NCBI GenBank assembly: GCA_015067525.1
Contig: SVMH01000001.1
Span: forward strand, 16,959-80,958
Source: Oscillospiraceae bacterium
GTDB lineage: Bacteria; Bacillota; Clostridia; Oscillospirales; Oscillospiraceae
Length of the DNA stretch: 64,000 bases
Direction of reading: 5' to 3'
Positions 19,360 through 29,245 of this stretch are shown here, in pieces (within the stretch, counting starts at the first letter, position 1; the number at the start of each line of letters is the position of its first letter). The notes beneath the pieces are model-generated. The model did no database searches. It was not told the origin of the DNA and saw only the letters and a program-made list of their open reading frames with translations. Both the position numbers and the translations under genes were made by a program.

Positions 19360-20441
19360 AGCCGCTCCTCCTTTACGATACGCTGCATATCCGACCACCT
19401 ATTCTCCATGTCGGCCACCAGCTTCAGCTGGGTGCGGCAGCGGTCCAGATTCTGGCCCGGACGCTGGGTAGCAAAATAGCAGTCGCCGTCGATATAGTCG
19501 GTGAGAAAGCGCATGCCGCATTCCAACGTGATGGTGCGGGCACCGTCGCTGAGCATATCCAGCTCCGTCTCCGTCAGATCGGGACAGGAGCGGACGAAGC
19601 CGCGGGTAAAGGCGCGGAAACGGTCCAGACTCATGGTGACAAGGCTCAGATCCCGCTCGTCCTCGGCGGCGGTGGCGGCGCCGAAACGGATGGAATCGCC
19701 AAAATCAAAGATGCTCAGGCCCGGCATCACGGTGTCCAGGTCGATGACGCACAGGGCCTTGTGGCTCTCGGCGTCCAGCAGCACATTGTTGAGTTTGGTA
19801 TCGTTATGGGTGACGCGCTCGGGCAGCCGGCCCTCCTCCAGCATGTGCTGAGGGCGGCAGACGGTCTCCTCATGGGAGAGAATGAAGTCGATCTCCGGCT
19901 GCACGTCTTTCACGCGGCCCAGGGGGTCGCGTTCGATGGCCTCGCGGAACAGACGGTAGCGGTCCGGCGTATTGTGGAAGTTGGGAATGGTGGTGTGGAG
20001 CTTTTCCACGGGGAAATTCTTCAGCGCCTGCTGGAAGCGGCCGAAGGCCACGGCGCTTTCGTAGAAGTCGTCGTCCGACTCCGGCGCCTGCAGGCAAATG
20101 GAATCCTCCACAAAATGGTACATGCGCCAGCAGCCGTAGTCGTTTTCTACATAATACTTGCCGCTGCAGGTGGGTACCAGTGTCAGCGTGCCGCGCGTTT
20201 CGCAGCCATGGCCCTGCAGGAAGTCGGTGACCAGCTGAATATTTTCCATCAGCGCGTCCACGTCGCGGAAGACGTGGGTGTTGATCCGCTGCAGGATATA
20301 GCGCTTACCGGCGTCATCCGTCACCAGCTGGGTGGAGTTGATGTGGCCGCCGCCGTAAGGCGTGCAGGAGACCACATCGCCCTCCAGACAGAAGCTGCGC
20401 AGCGTATGCAGCAGGGCGTCTTGCGTAATAGGTGCGCTCAT
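19356..20441 (-). CDS. N-acetylhexosamine 1-kinase-like phosphotransferase (NahK/LnpB-like, APH fold)
   Basis: GGGHINST, YILQRIN and RVTHNDTKLNNVL...IDLDTVMPG...DFGDSIR. Confidence 0.82.
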   Translation of the reverse strand: MSAPITQDALLHTLRSFCLEGDVVSCTPYGGGHINSTQLVTDDAGKRYILQRINTHVFRDVDALMENIQLVTDFLQGHGCETRGTLTLVPTCSGKYYVENDYGCWRMYHFVEDSICLQAPESDDDFYESAVAFGRFQQALKNFPVEKLHTTIPNFHNTPDRYRLFREAIERDPLGRVKDVQPEIDFILSHEETVCRPQHMLEEGRLPERVTHNDTKLNNVLLDAESHKALCVIDLDTVMPGLSIFDFGDSIRFGAATAAEDERDLSLVTMSLDRFRAFTRGFVRSCPDLTETELDMLSDGARTITLECGMRFLTDYIDGDCYFATQRPGQNLDRCRTQLKLVADMENRWSDMQRIVKEERL

Positions 20442-21346
20442 GTCCAAAGCTCCTTGGGGTAGATATTTTGGGCCTTCATCCCGGCGATGGCCTGCTGTAC
20501 GCTTGCCAGATCCTCGCGGTAGGTGACGCCGTACCATGTCTCCTCACAAGGCAGGACGGACACGGCGGCGCTGCCGTCGTTGATCTGTTCATCCACCACG
20601 AAGGGCAGGAAATACTCGCACTTGAGGGGATTGACGGGCAGATTCTGATCCAAAAAGGCGGGAAAACGGGCCCAGAGCTGATCGATGAAGGCGGCGGTGA
20701 AGCCCCACAGGTTCATAGATACGATGCTCTCGCCGCTGATATCCACAAAAGTCTCACCGTCCTCGGTATAGGCAGCGTCATCGCCGCGCTTGAAGATTCG
20801 GGTGCGCTCGGTAATGCCGGTGAGCTTGCCATTTTCCACCTGGCACACGCCGCGGGCCACGCTGCCGTGTTCGGTGACGGTGTTGCGCAGGCGGTAACCC
20901 ACCATGGCGTAGGCGCTCTCATCGGTGTTGGCCGAGAGGAAGTCATACACGGTGGAAAAAGCGGTGGGGCCGTAGAAATCGTCGGCGTTGATGACGGCGA
21001 AGGGGCCATTGACGGCGCCGCGGCAGCAGGCAATGGCGTGGCCGGTGCCCCAGGGCTTGACGCGGCCCTCGGGGACGGTGTAGCCCTCCGGCAGTACGTC
21101 CAGCGTCTGATGGATGTAAAGCACCTCAAAATGCTTTTCGATGCGGCTGCCGATGGTGCGGCGGAAATCCGCCTCCATCTCCGGCTTAATGATGAAAGCC
21201 ACGCGGCGGAAGCCGGCGCGCCATGCGTCGAAAAGGGAAAAATCGATGATGATATGGCCCTCGGGATCCACGGGGGTGATCTGCTTGGGTCCGCCGAAGC
21301 GGCTGCCCATGCCGGCGGCCATGATGACAAGGGTGGGCTGGTTCAT
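20438..21346 (-). CDS. Sugar-phosphate nucleotidyltransferase
   Basis: LVIMAAGMGSRFGGPKQ, KPWGTGHA and VINADDFYG. Confidence 0.88.
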   Translation of the reverse strand: MNQPTLVIMAAGMGSRFGGPKQITPVDPEGHIIIDFSLFDAWRAGFRRVAFIIKPEMEADFRRTIGSRIEKHFEVLYIHQTLDVLPEGYTVPEGRVKPWGTGHAIACCRGAVNGPFAVINADDFYGPTAFSTVYDFLSANTDESAYAMVGYRLRNTVTEHGSVARGVCQVENGKLTGITERTRIFKRGDDAAYTEDGETFVDISGESIVSMNLWGFTAAFIDQLWARFPAFLDQNLPVNPLKCEYFLPFVVDEQINDGSAAVSVLPCEETWYGVTYREDLASVQQAIAGMKAQNIYPKELWT

Positions 21347-21416
21347 AGAGTCCTCCAAGAACGCGCGGGCCTGCCAAAAAACGGTACAGACGCCGACGCA
21401 AAATTTTTACTCATAT

Positions 21417-21493
21417 ATTATAATACGGGAGAGGTCAAAATGCAATGCGCAATCGGTTTTTCCCTTGCATTCGCGCGGAAAACGACATATAAT
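21417..21493. promoter_or_regulatory. Back-to-back sigmaA promoters
   Basis: Minus strand: TTGCAT(21445)-17-TATAAT(21422). Plus strand: TTGCAT(21465)-17-TATAAT(21488). Confidence 0.7.
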
Positions 21494-21531
21494 GACAAGC
21501 GTATGTGAAAGAAAAAGAGGGAGGAAAACCT

Positions 21532-22317
21532 ATGACGGAACTCATTTTTATTCTGGTGGCCTTTCTGGCCTCGGTGATTGGCTGCATCTGCGGTATCGGC
21601 GGCGGCGTGATCATCAAGCCGGTGCTGGACGCTTTCGGCCTTTATTCCGTGAGCACCATCAGCTTTATGTCCGGCTGCATCGTACTGGCTATGACCACCT
21701 ACTCGGTGGTGAAGGCGACCCTTGCTAAGGAGTCGGTGATCGAGAAGGGTGTGAGTACCTACCTCGGCATCGGTGCGGCGGTGGGCGGTCTTCTGGGCAA
21801 GCAGCTTTTTGACAGCGTGAAGGCCATGTTCGAAAATGCCGACACGGTGGGCGCCGTGCAGGCGGCGGCGTTGTTCCTTGTGACGCTGGGCACCATGCTC
21901 TACACCGTCAATAAGAGCCGCATCCGCACCATCAGCGTGACCAATCCCCTGGCCTGTGTGCTGATCGGCCTGTCGCTGGGCGTCATGTCCTCTTTCCTGG
22001 GCATCGGCGGCGGCCCCATCAATCTGGTGGTGCTGTACTTCTTCTTCTCCATGGAGACCAAGGTGGCGGCCCAGAACTCGCTGTACATCATCCTCTTCTC
22101 CCAGCTGGCCAGCTTCCTCTTCACGGTGATCGGCGGCAAGGTGCCGGAATTCCCGGTGCTGCTGTTTGCGGCCATGGTGTGCTGCGGTATCCTGGGCGGC
22201 GTGGTGGGCCGGAAGATCAACAAGAAAATCGCCAGCGCCACCGTCAGCAAGCTCTTTATCGGCCTGATGGCTGTCATTATGGCGATTTGCTGCTACAACT
22301 TCTTCCGCTACTGCTAA
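21532..22317 (+). CDS. TauE/SafE family sulfite/anion exporter
   Basis: Duplicated GIGGG motifs (GCICGIGGGVIIKP and SSFLGIGGGPIN), about 8 TM segments. Confidence 0.9.
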   Translation: MTELIFILVAFLASVIGCICGIGGGVIIKPVLDAFGLYSVSTISFMSGCIVLAMTTYSVVKATLAKESVIEKGVSTYLGIGAAVGGLLGKQLFDSVKAMFENADTVGAVQAAALFLVTLGTMLYTVNKSRIRTISVTNPLACVLIGLSLGVMSSFLGIGGGPINLVVLYFFFSMETKVAAQNSLYIILFSQLASFLFTVIGGKVPEFPVLLFAAMVCCGILGGVVGRKINKKIASATVSKLFIGLMAVIMAICCYNFFRYC

Positions 22318-22332
22318 AACGAAAATATGCAT

Positions 22333-22369
22333 AAAAAAAGTACCCGCAGAGATCTGCGGGTACTTTTTT
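22333..22369. terminator. Bidirectional terminator
   Basis: A7-GTACCCGCAGA-g-a-TCTGCGGGTAC-T6. Confidence 0.85.
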
Positions 22370-22389
22370 GCTTGATGTACGTACGCCAA

Positions 22390-23382
22390 TTACTTGGCAG
22401 CGTCGATCATGTTCTGCAGCATGACATAGTCAGCCACGGGAACCTCGGCGGTGACAGCACCGGAGGCGATGAAGTTGTTCTGCTGGGTCTTGTAGTAAGC
22501 CTCCACAGTACCGTCAGCGGCACCGGCGGCAACTTCCTTACCGGTCAGCCAGTCGGCAACACCGCGCTCGGCGTAAGCGGCATCATAGTCGGTCTTGGTC
22601 TGGTTGACCACGAACTGAGCGACTTCCTCGTAGTTGCCGTCAGCAGCATAGTCCATAGCCTTGTACAGAGCCTTGGTGAAAGCCAGGACCTTGTCGGCGT
22701 TCTCGCCGGCATACTTGTCCAGAACGATCCAGGAAGCCAGGGAGACGCTGGTATCGGCGAACATGACGTTGTCAGCCAGCTTGGTGCAGCCGGTCCACTC
22801 GTCCATGATCATCAGGCTGTTGGGGGACCAGCAGGCAACAGCGTCCAGAGAGCCGGACAGAGCAGCGGTGGTCAGGTTCTCAGCGCCCATTTCCATGGCG
22901 GTGATGTCAGCCATGGTCAGGTTGGCCTTGGCCAGAGCGTTCTTCAGGATGTCCTCACTGGAGGTACCGGCGGTGTAACCGACGGTCTTGCCCTTCAGGT
23001 CAGCCAGAGTCTTGACGTTGGGACCGCCGATGAGAGCGTCACCGTTGGAGATGTGGGACAGAGCGAAGATCTTGGCCTTGCCCTGGATGCACAGCTTGTG
23101 AGCGCCGTGGCCGATGTAACCCATGTCGATCTTGCCGGATTCCATAGCGGCGATGATGGTGGGGCCGTCAGCGAATTCCCACAGGGTGACTTCGATGCCG
23201 GCTTCCTCAAAATAGCCCTTCTCGATGGCGGTGGTCACGGACCACAGGGAGCCGTAGTTGGGCATGTAGCCGATGTTCAGCTTGATGGTTTCGTCCTCGG
23301 GCTGCTCGACGGGCTTGCTGCCGCAGGCGGCCAGGGACAGGATCATGGCAACGGCCATGATCAGTGCGATGATTTTTTTCAT
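22390..23382 (-). CDS. ABC transporter substrate-binding lipoprotein, SsuA/TauA/NMT1 type
   Basis: Lipobox LAAC, FADGPTIIAAMESGKID and DLKGKTVG. Confidence 0.88.
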   Translation of the reverse strand: MKKIIALIMAVAMILSLAACGSKPVEQPEDETIKLNIGYMPNYGSLWSVTTAIEKGYFEEAGIEVTLWEFADGPTIIAAMESGKIDMGYIGHGAHKLCIQGKAKIFALSHISNGDALIGGPNVKTLADLKGKTVGYTAGTSSEDILKNALAKANLTMADITAMEMGAENLTTAALSGSLDAVACWSPNSLMIMDEWTGCTKLADNVMFADTSVSLASWIVLDKYAGENADKVLAFTKALYKAMDYAADGNYEEVAQFVVNQTKTDYDAAYAERGVADWLTGKEVAAGAADGTVEAYYKTQQNNFIASGAVTAEVPVADYVMLQNMIDAAK

Positions 23383-23439
23383 GTTGTTCCTCCTTGATAT
23401 ATCCATTGGGCGTTTGCCCATAATGGTCGTGAAAATAAA

Positions 23440-24222
23440 TTACTTGCGGACTTCCAGATACTCCTGGTAGACCTCGCCCCAGATCTTGGCCTTCAGGTCC
23501 AGGAATTCGGGAGTCATCTTCAGGTCCTGGGTACGGGGATAGGGCAGGTTGATGTCCACGATGGTCTTGATGCGGCCGGGACGGGCGCTCATGACGATGA
23601 CCTTGGTGGCCAGGATGATGGCCTCTTCCACGTCATGGGTGATGAAGAAGCAGGTCTTCTTCTCCTCCTGCCAGGTCTGGATCAGCTCGGCCTGCAGCTG
23701 GGTGCGGGTCTGGGCGTCCAGAGCGCCGAAGGGCTCATCCATCAGCAGCACTTCGGGCTGCACGGCATAGGCGCGGGCGATGGCCACACGCTGCTTCATA
23801 CCGCCGGACAGCTCCTTGGGATAGGCGTCCACGAAATCTTCCAGCTGCACCATCTTGATGTACTTCATGGCGAGAGCCTCGGCCTCAGCCTCGGGCATGC
23901 CCTTGAGCTTCAGACCGAACATGACGTTCTTCTTTACGGTCAGCCAGGGGAAGAGGGCGTACTGCTGGAACACCACGCCGCGCTCGGTGCCGGTGCCTTC
24001 CACCTTCTTGCCGTCCACATACACGGCGCCGCTGGTGGGTTCCAGCAGGCCGGCGATGATGTTCAGCAGCGTGGACTTGCCGCAGCCGGAGGGGCCGACG
24101 ACGCAGATGAACTCGTTTTCATAGATATCCAGATCCACACCGTTCAGGGCGATCATTTTGCCCTGGCGGCCGTCGTAGATCTTTTCCACATGGTCGATTT
24201 TGACCTTCACATTTCTTTCCAT
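23440..24222 (-). CDS. ABC ATPase, SsuB/TauB type
   Basis: GPSGCGKST, LSGGMKQR and LLMDEPFGALD. Confidence 0.95.
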   Translation of the reverse strand: MERNVKVKIDHVEKIYDGRQGKMIALNGVDLDIYENEFICVVGPSGCGKSTLLNIIAGLLEPTSGAVYVDGKKVEGTGTERGVVFQQYALFPWLTVKKNVMFGLKLKGMPEAEAEALAMKYIKMVQLEDFVDAYPKELSGGMKQRVAIARAYAVQPEVLLMDEPFGALDAQTRTQLQAELIQTWQEEKKTCFFITHDVEEAIILATKVIVMSARPGRIKTIVDINLPYPRTQDLKMTPEFLDLKAKIWGEVYQEYLEVRK

Positions 24223-24239
24223 ATGTACTTACCCTCCGC

Positions 24240-25025
24240 TTACACTTCTCTGGTTTCCTGCCAGCCGGTCAGCTTCTTTTCCAGGAACTTGATGATCTTC
24301 TCGATGGTGATGCCGATGATGCCGATGAGGATGATGTACAGGAGCATGGGCTCCACTTCGTAGCTGTTGTTGAAAGAACGGATACGCATGCCCAGACCTG
24401 CGAAAGCGCCGGTGGACTCAGCGGCGATCAGGGTGGTCAGAGCGACGGAAGAGCCCAGACGCACGGCGGTCAGGATGAAGGGGGTGGTGGCGGGGAAGAT
24501 GACCTTGATGAAGAGGTCACTGTCCTTGGCACCCAGCACGCGGGCAGCCTTGATGAGGGTCTCATCCACGTTGCGCACGCCCTGATAGATGGTGATGGTC
24601 ATGGTCAGGAAGGTGGCGATCCAAATGACGATGACCTGGGGCACGCGGCCCACGCCCACGGCGATAACCACCAGAGGCACGTAGGCCAGAGGGGGAATGT
24701 TACGGATGAACTGGATCCAGGGCTCCAGAATGTAGCGCACGGGGCGGTACCAGGCCATCAGGAAGGCCACGGGTACGCTGCTGAGGAAACCGAACAGGAA
24801 GCCCAACAGCACGGAGATCATACTGCTCTTGATGTCGGCCCACAGGATCTCGCGCTCGACCACCGTCTTGAAGGCGATGACCATCTTGTCGATGAAGGGG
24901 AAGACGCGGCCCGTCTTCTCGTTGATGCTCAGGAAGTACCACAGCAGGATGGCTGTGGCAAGGCTGATGCACAGCCAGCCCCAATTGGGGATCTTGTCAA
25001 TAAAGCTCTTCTTTTTGTTCAGCAT
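24240..25025 (-). CDS. ABC permease, SsuC/TauC type
   Basis: IRNIPPLAYVPL and the EAA-like loop LIKAARVLGA. Confidence 0.92.
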   Translation of the reverse strand: MLNKKKSFIDKIPNWGWLCISLATAILLWYFLSINEKTGRVFPFIDKMVIAFKTVVEREILWADIKSSMISVLLGFLFGFLSSVPVAFLMAWYRPVRYILEPWIQFIRNIPPLAYVPLVVIAVGVGRVPQVIVIWIATFLTMTITIYQGVRNVDETLIKAARVLGAKDSDLFIKVIFPATTPFILTAVRLGSSVALTTLIAAESTGAFAGLGMRIRSFNNSYEVEPMLLYIILIGIIGITIEKIIKFLEKKLTGWQETREV

Positions 25026-25042
25026 AGTCTCTCTCCACCTTT

Positions 25043-26494
25043 TTAATAGAATTCCTTGATGCGGTGGAACCAGGTGCTTGCCGGGTCGCCCAGCTCCTTC
25101 AGGTACCGGGACATGATGTCCAGATACTTTTTCTTCACGTCGGCATAAGCCGGATCGTAGCATACATTTTTCAGCTGATAGGGATCCTTCTTCAGGTCGT
25201 ACAGCTCACCGCGCTCGCTCTCGTTGAAGGTGAGCTGATAGTCAAGGTCGCGCACCATGCGCTGCCGGTGGGTGTAGAAGTGGTTGTGATATTCACAGAA
25301 CACTTCCGTGCGGCCGTTGCTCTCCTGCTCGCCCATCATCAGGGGCAGCACGCTCTCGCCGTCCACGCTCTTGGGAGGCTTGACGCCGGCGATGTCCAGA
25401 ATGGTGGGCATCATCTCGTGGAGGTAGACGAAGCTGTCGTTATCCTTGGTGCCGGCACCCTTGACCACCATGGGGATGTGGTAGATCTCGTCAAAGGTGA
25501 AAGCGCCCTTCTCGATCAGCTTGTGGGCACCCAGACAGTCACCGTGGTCGGCAGAATAGATGATGATGGTGTCCTCGTACAGACCCTCGGCCTTCAGCTT
25601 ATCCACGATCATGCCCACCATGTCGTCGATCATGGTGCAGTGGCCGTAGTAGCGGGCGGCGATCTCCTGGAAGCCCTTCCAGCCGTAGTTGCCCAGACCC
25701 CACATCTTCTCGCTGAGGTAGTAGCCGTAAGGCTTATCCAGCAGGTCGTCGCAGTAGCTGGGGTGTTCGGGGATGTCGGCGGGATCGTACATGGAGTAGT
25801 AAGGCTCGGGCACGATGCTGGGGGAATGAGGACCCCAGAAGTTGGCCCAGATGAAGAAGGGCTTATCCTCCTCCTTGGCCTTGTCGATGAGGCGCTTAGT
25901 CTCGTGAGCCACGAAATACTCAATGGTGCTCTCCACGGGGCCTTCGTGCTTGCAGAACATCTCCTGGATCTGCAGGGCGGGGTTGTCGCCCAGGAAGCCG
26001 TGGGACACATCCACGCCCTCGTAGCCATGTTCCTTGAGATAGAGCTCGTAGTAGTTGGGCTCGTTGTCCGGCGGCTGGTTGAAGATCAGGCTGGGGAACA
26101 CTTGGCTGCCGGGGAAGCCATAGCCCATGAAGGGCTTGCCCTCATCAAAGCCGCACTCCTCGGGTGCCTTGTCCGGCGTGACGTGCCACTTGCCGGCGTA
26201 TCCGCAGTAATAGCCGGCCTCATGCATGCACTCACCCAGCAGGGGGATATCGTCGTGGATGCAGGTGAAATTGTCCACCACGCCGTGCTTGTGGGGATAC
26301 AGACCCGTCATCACGCTGGCGCGGGCCGGCGCACAGATGGCGGAGGGAGTATAGGCGTTGGTGAACTTCATGCCTTCGGCGGCCAGCTGGTCGATGTGGG
26401 GCGTCTTGCAGATGGGGTTCATGCCGTAAGCGCTGATGGTGTCCAGGCGCTGCTGATCGGCAAGGATCAGAAGCACATTTTTACGCTTTGCCAT
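25043..26494 (-). CDS. Cys-type formylglycine-dependent (S1) sulfatase, cytoplasmic
   Basis: NVLLILADQ, CAPARASVMTG (CxPxR), GKWH, GPH and SADHG; no signal peptide. Confidence 0.93.
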   Translation of the reverse strand: MAKRKNVLLILADQQRLDTISAYGMNPICKTPHIDQLAAEGMKFTNAYTPSAICAPARASVMTGLYPHKHGVVDNFTCIHDDIPLLGECMHEAGYYCGYAGKWHVTPDKAPEECGFDEGKPFMGYGFPGSQVFPSLIFNQPPDNEPNYYELYLKEHGYEGVDVSHGFLGDNPALQIQEMFCKHEGPVESTIEYFVAHETKRLIDKAKEEDKPFFIWANFWGPHSPSIVPEPYYSMYDPADIPEHPSYCDDLLDKPYGYYLSEKMWGLGNYGWKGFQEIAARYYGHCTMIDDMVGMIVDKLKAEGLYEDTIIIYSADHGDCLGAHKLIEKGAFTFDEIYHIPMVVKGAGTKDNDSFVYLHEMMPTILDIAGVKPPKSVDGESVLPLMMGEQESNGRTEVFCEYHNHFYTHRQRMVRDLDYQLTFNESERGELYDLKKDPYQLKNVCYDPAYADVKKKYLDIMSRYLKELGDPASTWFHRIKEFY

Positions 26495-26515
26495 GTCGTC
26501 CGTTCCTTTCCGGCC

Positions 26516-26644
26516 TTACAGAAAACGTTTCCGTAAAGCGCATAAAATCTCTTTTATTAAGATAGCATAAATTGTAGGATATGTCAATGGAAGATGGGAC
26601 GTAACAGAAATAGCCTTGCATTTTGTGGGAGAATCGGCTAAAAT
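26516..26644. promoter_or_regulatory. Divergent sigmaA promoters plus an operator-like palindrome
   Basis: Minus strand: TTGACA(26587)-17-TATCTT(26564). Plus strand: TTGCAT(26616)-17-TAAAAT(26639). Palindrome TTACAGAAAACGTTTCCGTAA at 26516-26536, in the sulfatase leader. Confidence 0.65.
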
Positions 26645-26693
26645 GATAACTGACGAATTATGCACAGCTGTGCGCCCAGAAGGGAGGGGTCTC

Positions 26694-27815
26694 ATGCCGC
26701 CTTTGAGCCTGCTGATCAAGCCGGCGTCCGGAAGCTGCAACATGCGCTGCCGGTACTGCTTCTATGTGGATGAAACAGAAAACCGCGCCGTGGCGCTGCG
26801 GGGCCGCATGAGTGAAGAGACGATGCACACCCTGGTGGACAAGACCCTGGCGTACGCCGATGGCGAGTGCACCTTCTCCTTTCAGGGAGGTGAACCGACG
26901 CTGGCGGGGCTGGGTTTCTTCCGTGCCATGTCGGACTATGTGGCCGCTCACCCCAACCCTAAGGGCATTCGGGTGCGTTGGTCCATCCAGACCAACGGCT
27001 ATGCCCTGGACGAGGACTGGTGCCGCTGGCTGCGGGACAATCGTGTTCTGGTGGGCATCTCGCTGGATGGTCCCAAGGAGGTCCACGACCGCTGCCGTGT
27101 GGACACCGAGGGGAAGGGTACGTTCCAAAAGGTGATGCAATCCATCCACCTGCTGGAAAAGTACAGCGTGGAGTTCAATATCCTCACGGTGGTCTCGGCG
27201 GCCAACGCCCGGCGGGCCGGTCAGGTATACAACTTCTTCAAAAAGCAGAGTTTCGGATATCAGCAGTATATCGAGTGTCTTGATCCTCTGGGTGAAGAGC
27301 CGGGAGGGCACGACTACTCCCTGACGCCGGAGCGGTATGAGGCCTTTTTGAAGACTATGTTTGACGAGTGGTATCGGGACGTCAGCGCCGGACACTACGT
27401 CTACAACCGCTACTTTGAAAATCTGCTGATGATCATGACGGGCCAGCAGCCGGAGAGCTGCAGTCTGCGGGGCGTATGTCAGGCCCAGTGGGTCATCGAG
27501 GCCGACGGCAGCGTGTACCCCTGCGACTTCTACGCGCTGGATGAGTGGCGTCTTGGCAATATCAACACCGATTCCTTTGCCGGAATGGAGCAAAAGCGGC
27601 GTGAGAGCGGCTTTATCGCCCAATCGGCCAGGGTGCCCGAGGCCTGCCGCAGCTGCCGCTGGGCGATGCTGTGCCGCAACGGCTGCCGCCGCAACCGCGC
27701 AGAGGACACGGGACAGAACCGTTTCTGCGCCGCCTATCAGGGCTTTCTGGAATACGCATACCCCCGCCTGCAGGAACTGGCACAGGCCATCCTGCGCCGT
27801 GCGGGAAGAAGATAA
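26694..27815 (+). CDS. Anaerobic sulfatase maturase (radical SAM/SPASM)
   Basis: KPASGSCNMRCRYCFY, FQGGEPTLAG, VYPCDF and CRSCRW...CRNGCRR; divergent from the sulfatase. Confidence 0.93.
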   Translation: MPPLSLLIKPASGSCNMRCRYCFYVDETENRAVALRGRMSEETMHTLVDKTLAYADGECTFSFQGGEPTLAGLGFFRAMSDYVAAHPNPKGIRVRWSIQTNGYALDEDWCRWLRDNRVLVGISLDGPKEVHDRCRVDTEGKGTFQKVMQSIHLLEKYSVEFNILTVVSAANARRAGQVYNFFKKQSFGYQQYIECLDPLGEEPGGHDYSLTPERYEAFLKTMFDEWYRDVSAGHYVYNRYFENLLMIMTGQQPESCSLRGVCQAQWVIEADGSVYPCDFYALDEWRLGNINTDSFAGMEQKRRESGFIAQSARVPEACRSCRWAMLCRNGCRRNRAEDTGQNRFCAAYQGFLEYAYPRLQELAQAILRRAGRR

Positions 27816-27852
27816 CAACAAAAATAATATATAATATAGGAGGTCAACAACA

Positions 27853-29229
27853 ATGGAACGATTTGGTATTTCTGTGGAGCTGAAGAATGTACCGGTGCTG
27901 GATCCCGGCTTCATGCCCATGCTGCCCTTTAACCGGGCATTCCTTAAGGGCGCTTCCAAGCCCGTCACCGTGGCGGTGGAGCGCGCCGACGGTCAGGTAG
28001 CCACCACTCACACCTTTATTCATGGCACCCCCGAGATGGCCGAGGCTGACCGCTACTACATCGACCGTCTGGTGAAGACGGCGCTGTGGATGAAGGGCGG
28101 CTACAAGATCTATGTGGATGACAAGGGCATCTACGATTACCTGTGCAGCGTGTACTGCAAGGGCGGCGAGCGTGAGTTCGACTGGGATTTCATGGCCAAT
28201 ATCTTTGAAAAGCCCTTTGAAGTGGTGCTGACCGACGCCGTGCCCGAGAGCCGTGACTGCCCCAAGCCCATGGGCGGTCATCTGGAAGGCTGCCGCATCG
28301 GCTTTGACGCCGGCGGCTCCGACCGCAAGGTGTCTGCCGTCATCGACGGCGAGACCGTGTTCTCCGAGGAAGTGGTGTGGCTGCCCAAGATCAATCCCGA
28401 TCCCGACTATCACTATGCCGGCATCGTGGAGGCCCTGAAGAAGGCCGCCTCCTACATGCCCCGCGTGGATGCCGTGGGTGTCAGCTCTGCCGGTATCTAC
28501 ATCAACGACCGCACCATGAGCGCCTCTTTGTTCCTGAAGGTTCCCAAGGAGCTGTATGAGGAGAAGGTGAAGAACATCTTCATCCGCGCCATCACCGACA
28601 CCTTCGGCGATGTGCCCTACGCCGTGGCCAACGACGGCGACGTGTCCGCTCTGGCCGGCACCATGAGCCTGAACGACAATAACGTGCTGGGCATCGCCAT
28701 GGGCACCAGCGAGGCCGTGGGCTACGTCAACGGCGACGGCTGCATCACCGGTTGGCTCAACGAGCTGGCTTTCGTCCCCGTGGACGCCAATCCCGACGCC
28801 ATGCGTGACGAGTGGTCCGGCGACATCGGCTGCGGCGTAAAGTACTTCTGCCAGGACGGCGTGAACAAGCTGGCACCCCGTGCCGGCATCGAACTGGATG
28901 AGAGCGCTTCCCCCGCCGAGAAGCTGAAGGTCACCCAGAAGCTGATGGAGCAGGATGATCCCCGCGCGGCTCAGGTCTATGAGTCCATCGGCTGCTATCT
29001 GGGCCACACCTTGGCTTACTACTTCGAGCATTACGGCTTCAAGTACGTGCTGCTGCTGGGCCGCGTCATGAGCGGTAAGGGCGGCGACCTGCTGCTTTCC
29101 ACCTGCCGCAAGGTGCTGGACGAGGAATATCCCGAGTACGCCGACAAGATCCAGCTGACCCTGCCGGACGAGAAGTTCCGCCGTGTGGGTCAGTCCATGG
29201 CTGCTGCCAGCCTGCCGGAGATGAAGTAA
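27853..29229 (+). CDS. ROK family protein (probable sugar kinase) with a long N-terminal extension
   Basis: IGFDAGGSDRK, VGVSSAG, ANDGD and GIAMGTSEAVG; directly upstream of nagA. Confidence 0.8.
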   Translation: MERFGISVELKNVPVLDPGFMPMLPFNRAFLKGASKPVTVAVERADGQVATTHTFIHGTPEMAEADRYYIDRLVKTALWMKGGYKIYVDDKGIYDYLCSVYCKGGEREFDWDFMANIFEKPFEVVLTDAVPESRDCPKPMGGHLEGCRIGFDAGGSDRKVSAVIDGETVFSEEVVWLPKINPDPDYHYAGIVEALKKAASYMPRVDAVGVSSAGIYINDRTMSASLFLKVPKELYEEKVKNIFIRAITDTFGDVPYAVANDGDVSALAGTMSLNDNNVLGIAMGTSEAVGYVNGDGCITGWLNELAFVPVDANPDAMRDEWSGDIGCGVKYFCQDGVNKLAPRAGIELDESASPAEKLKVTQKLMEQDDPRAAQVYESIGCYLGHTLAYYFEHYGFKYVLLLGRVMSGKGGDLLLSTCRKVLDEEYPEYADKIQLTLPDEKFRRVGQSMAAASLPEMK

Positions 29230-29245
29230 GACGGGAGGTACCCGC

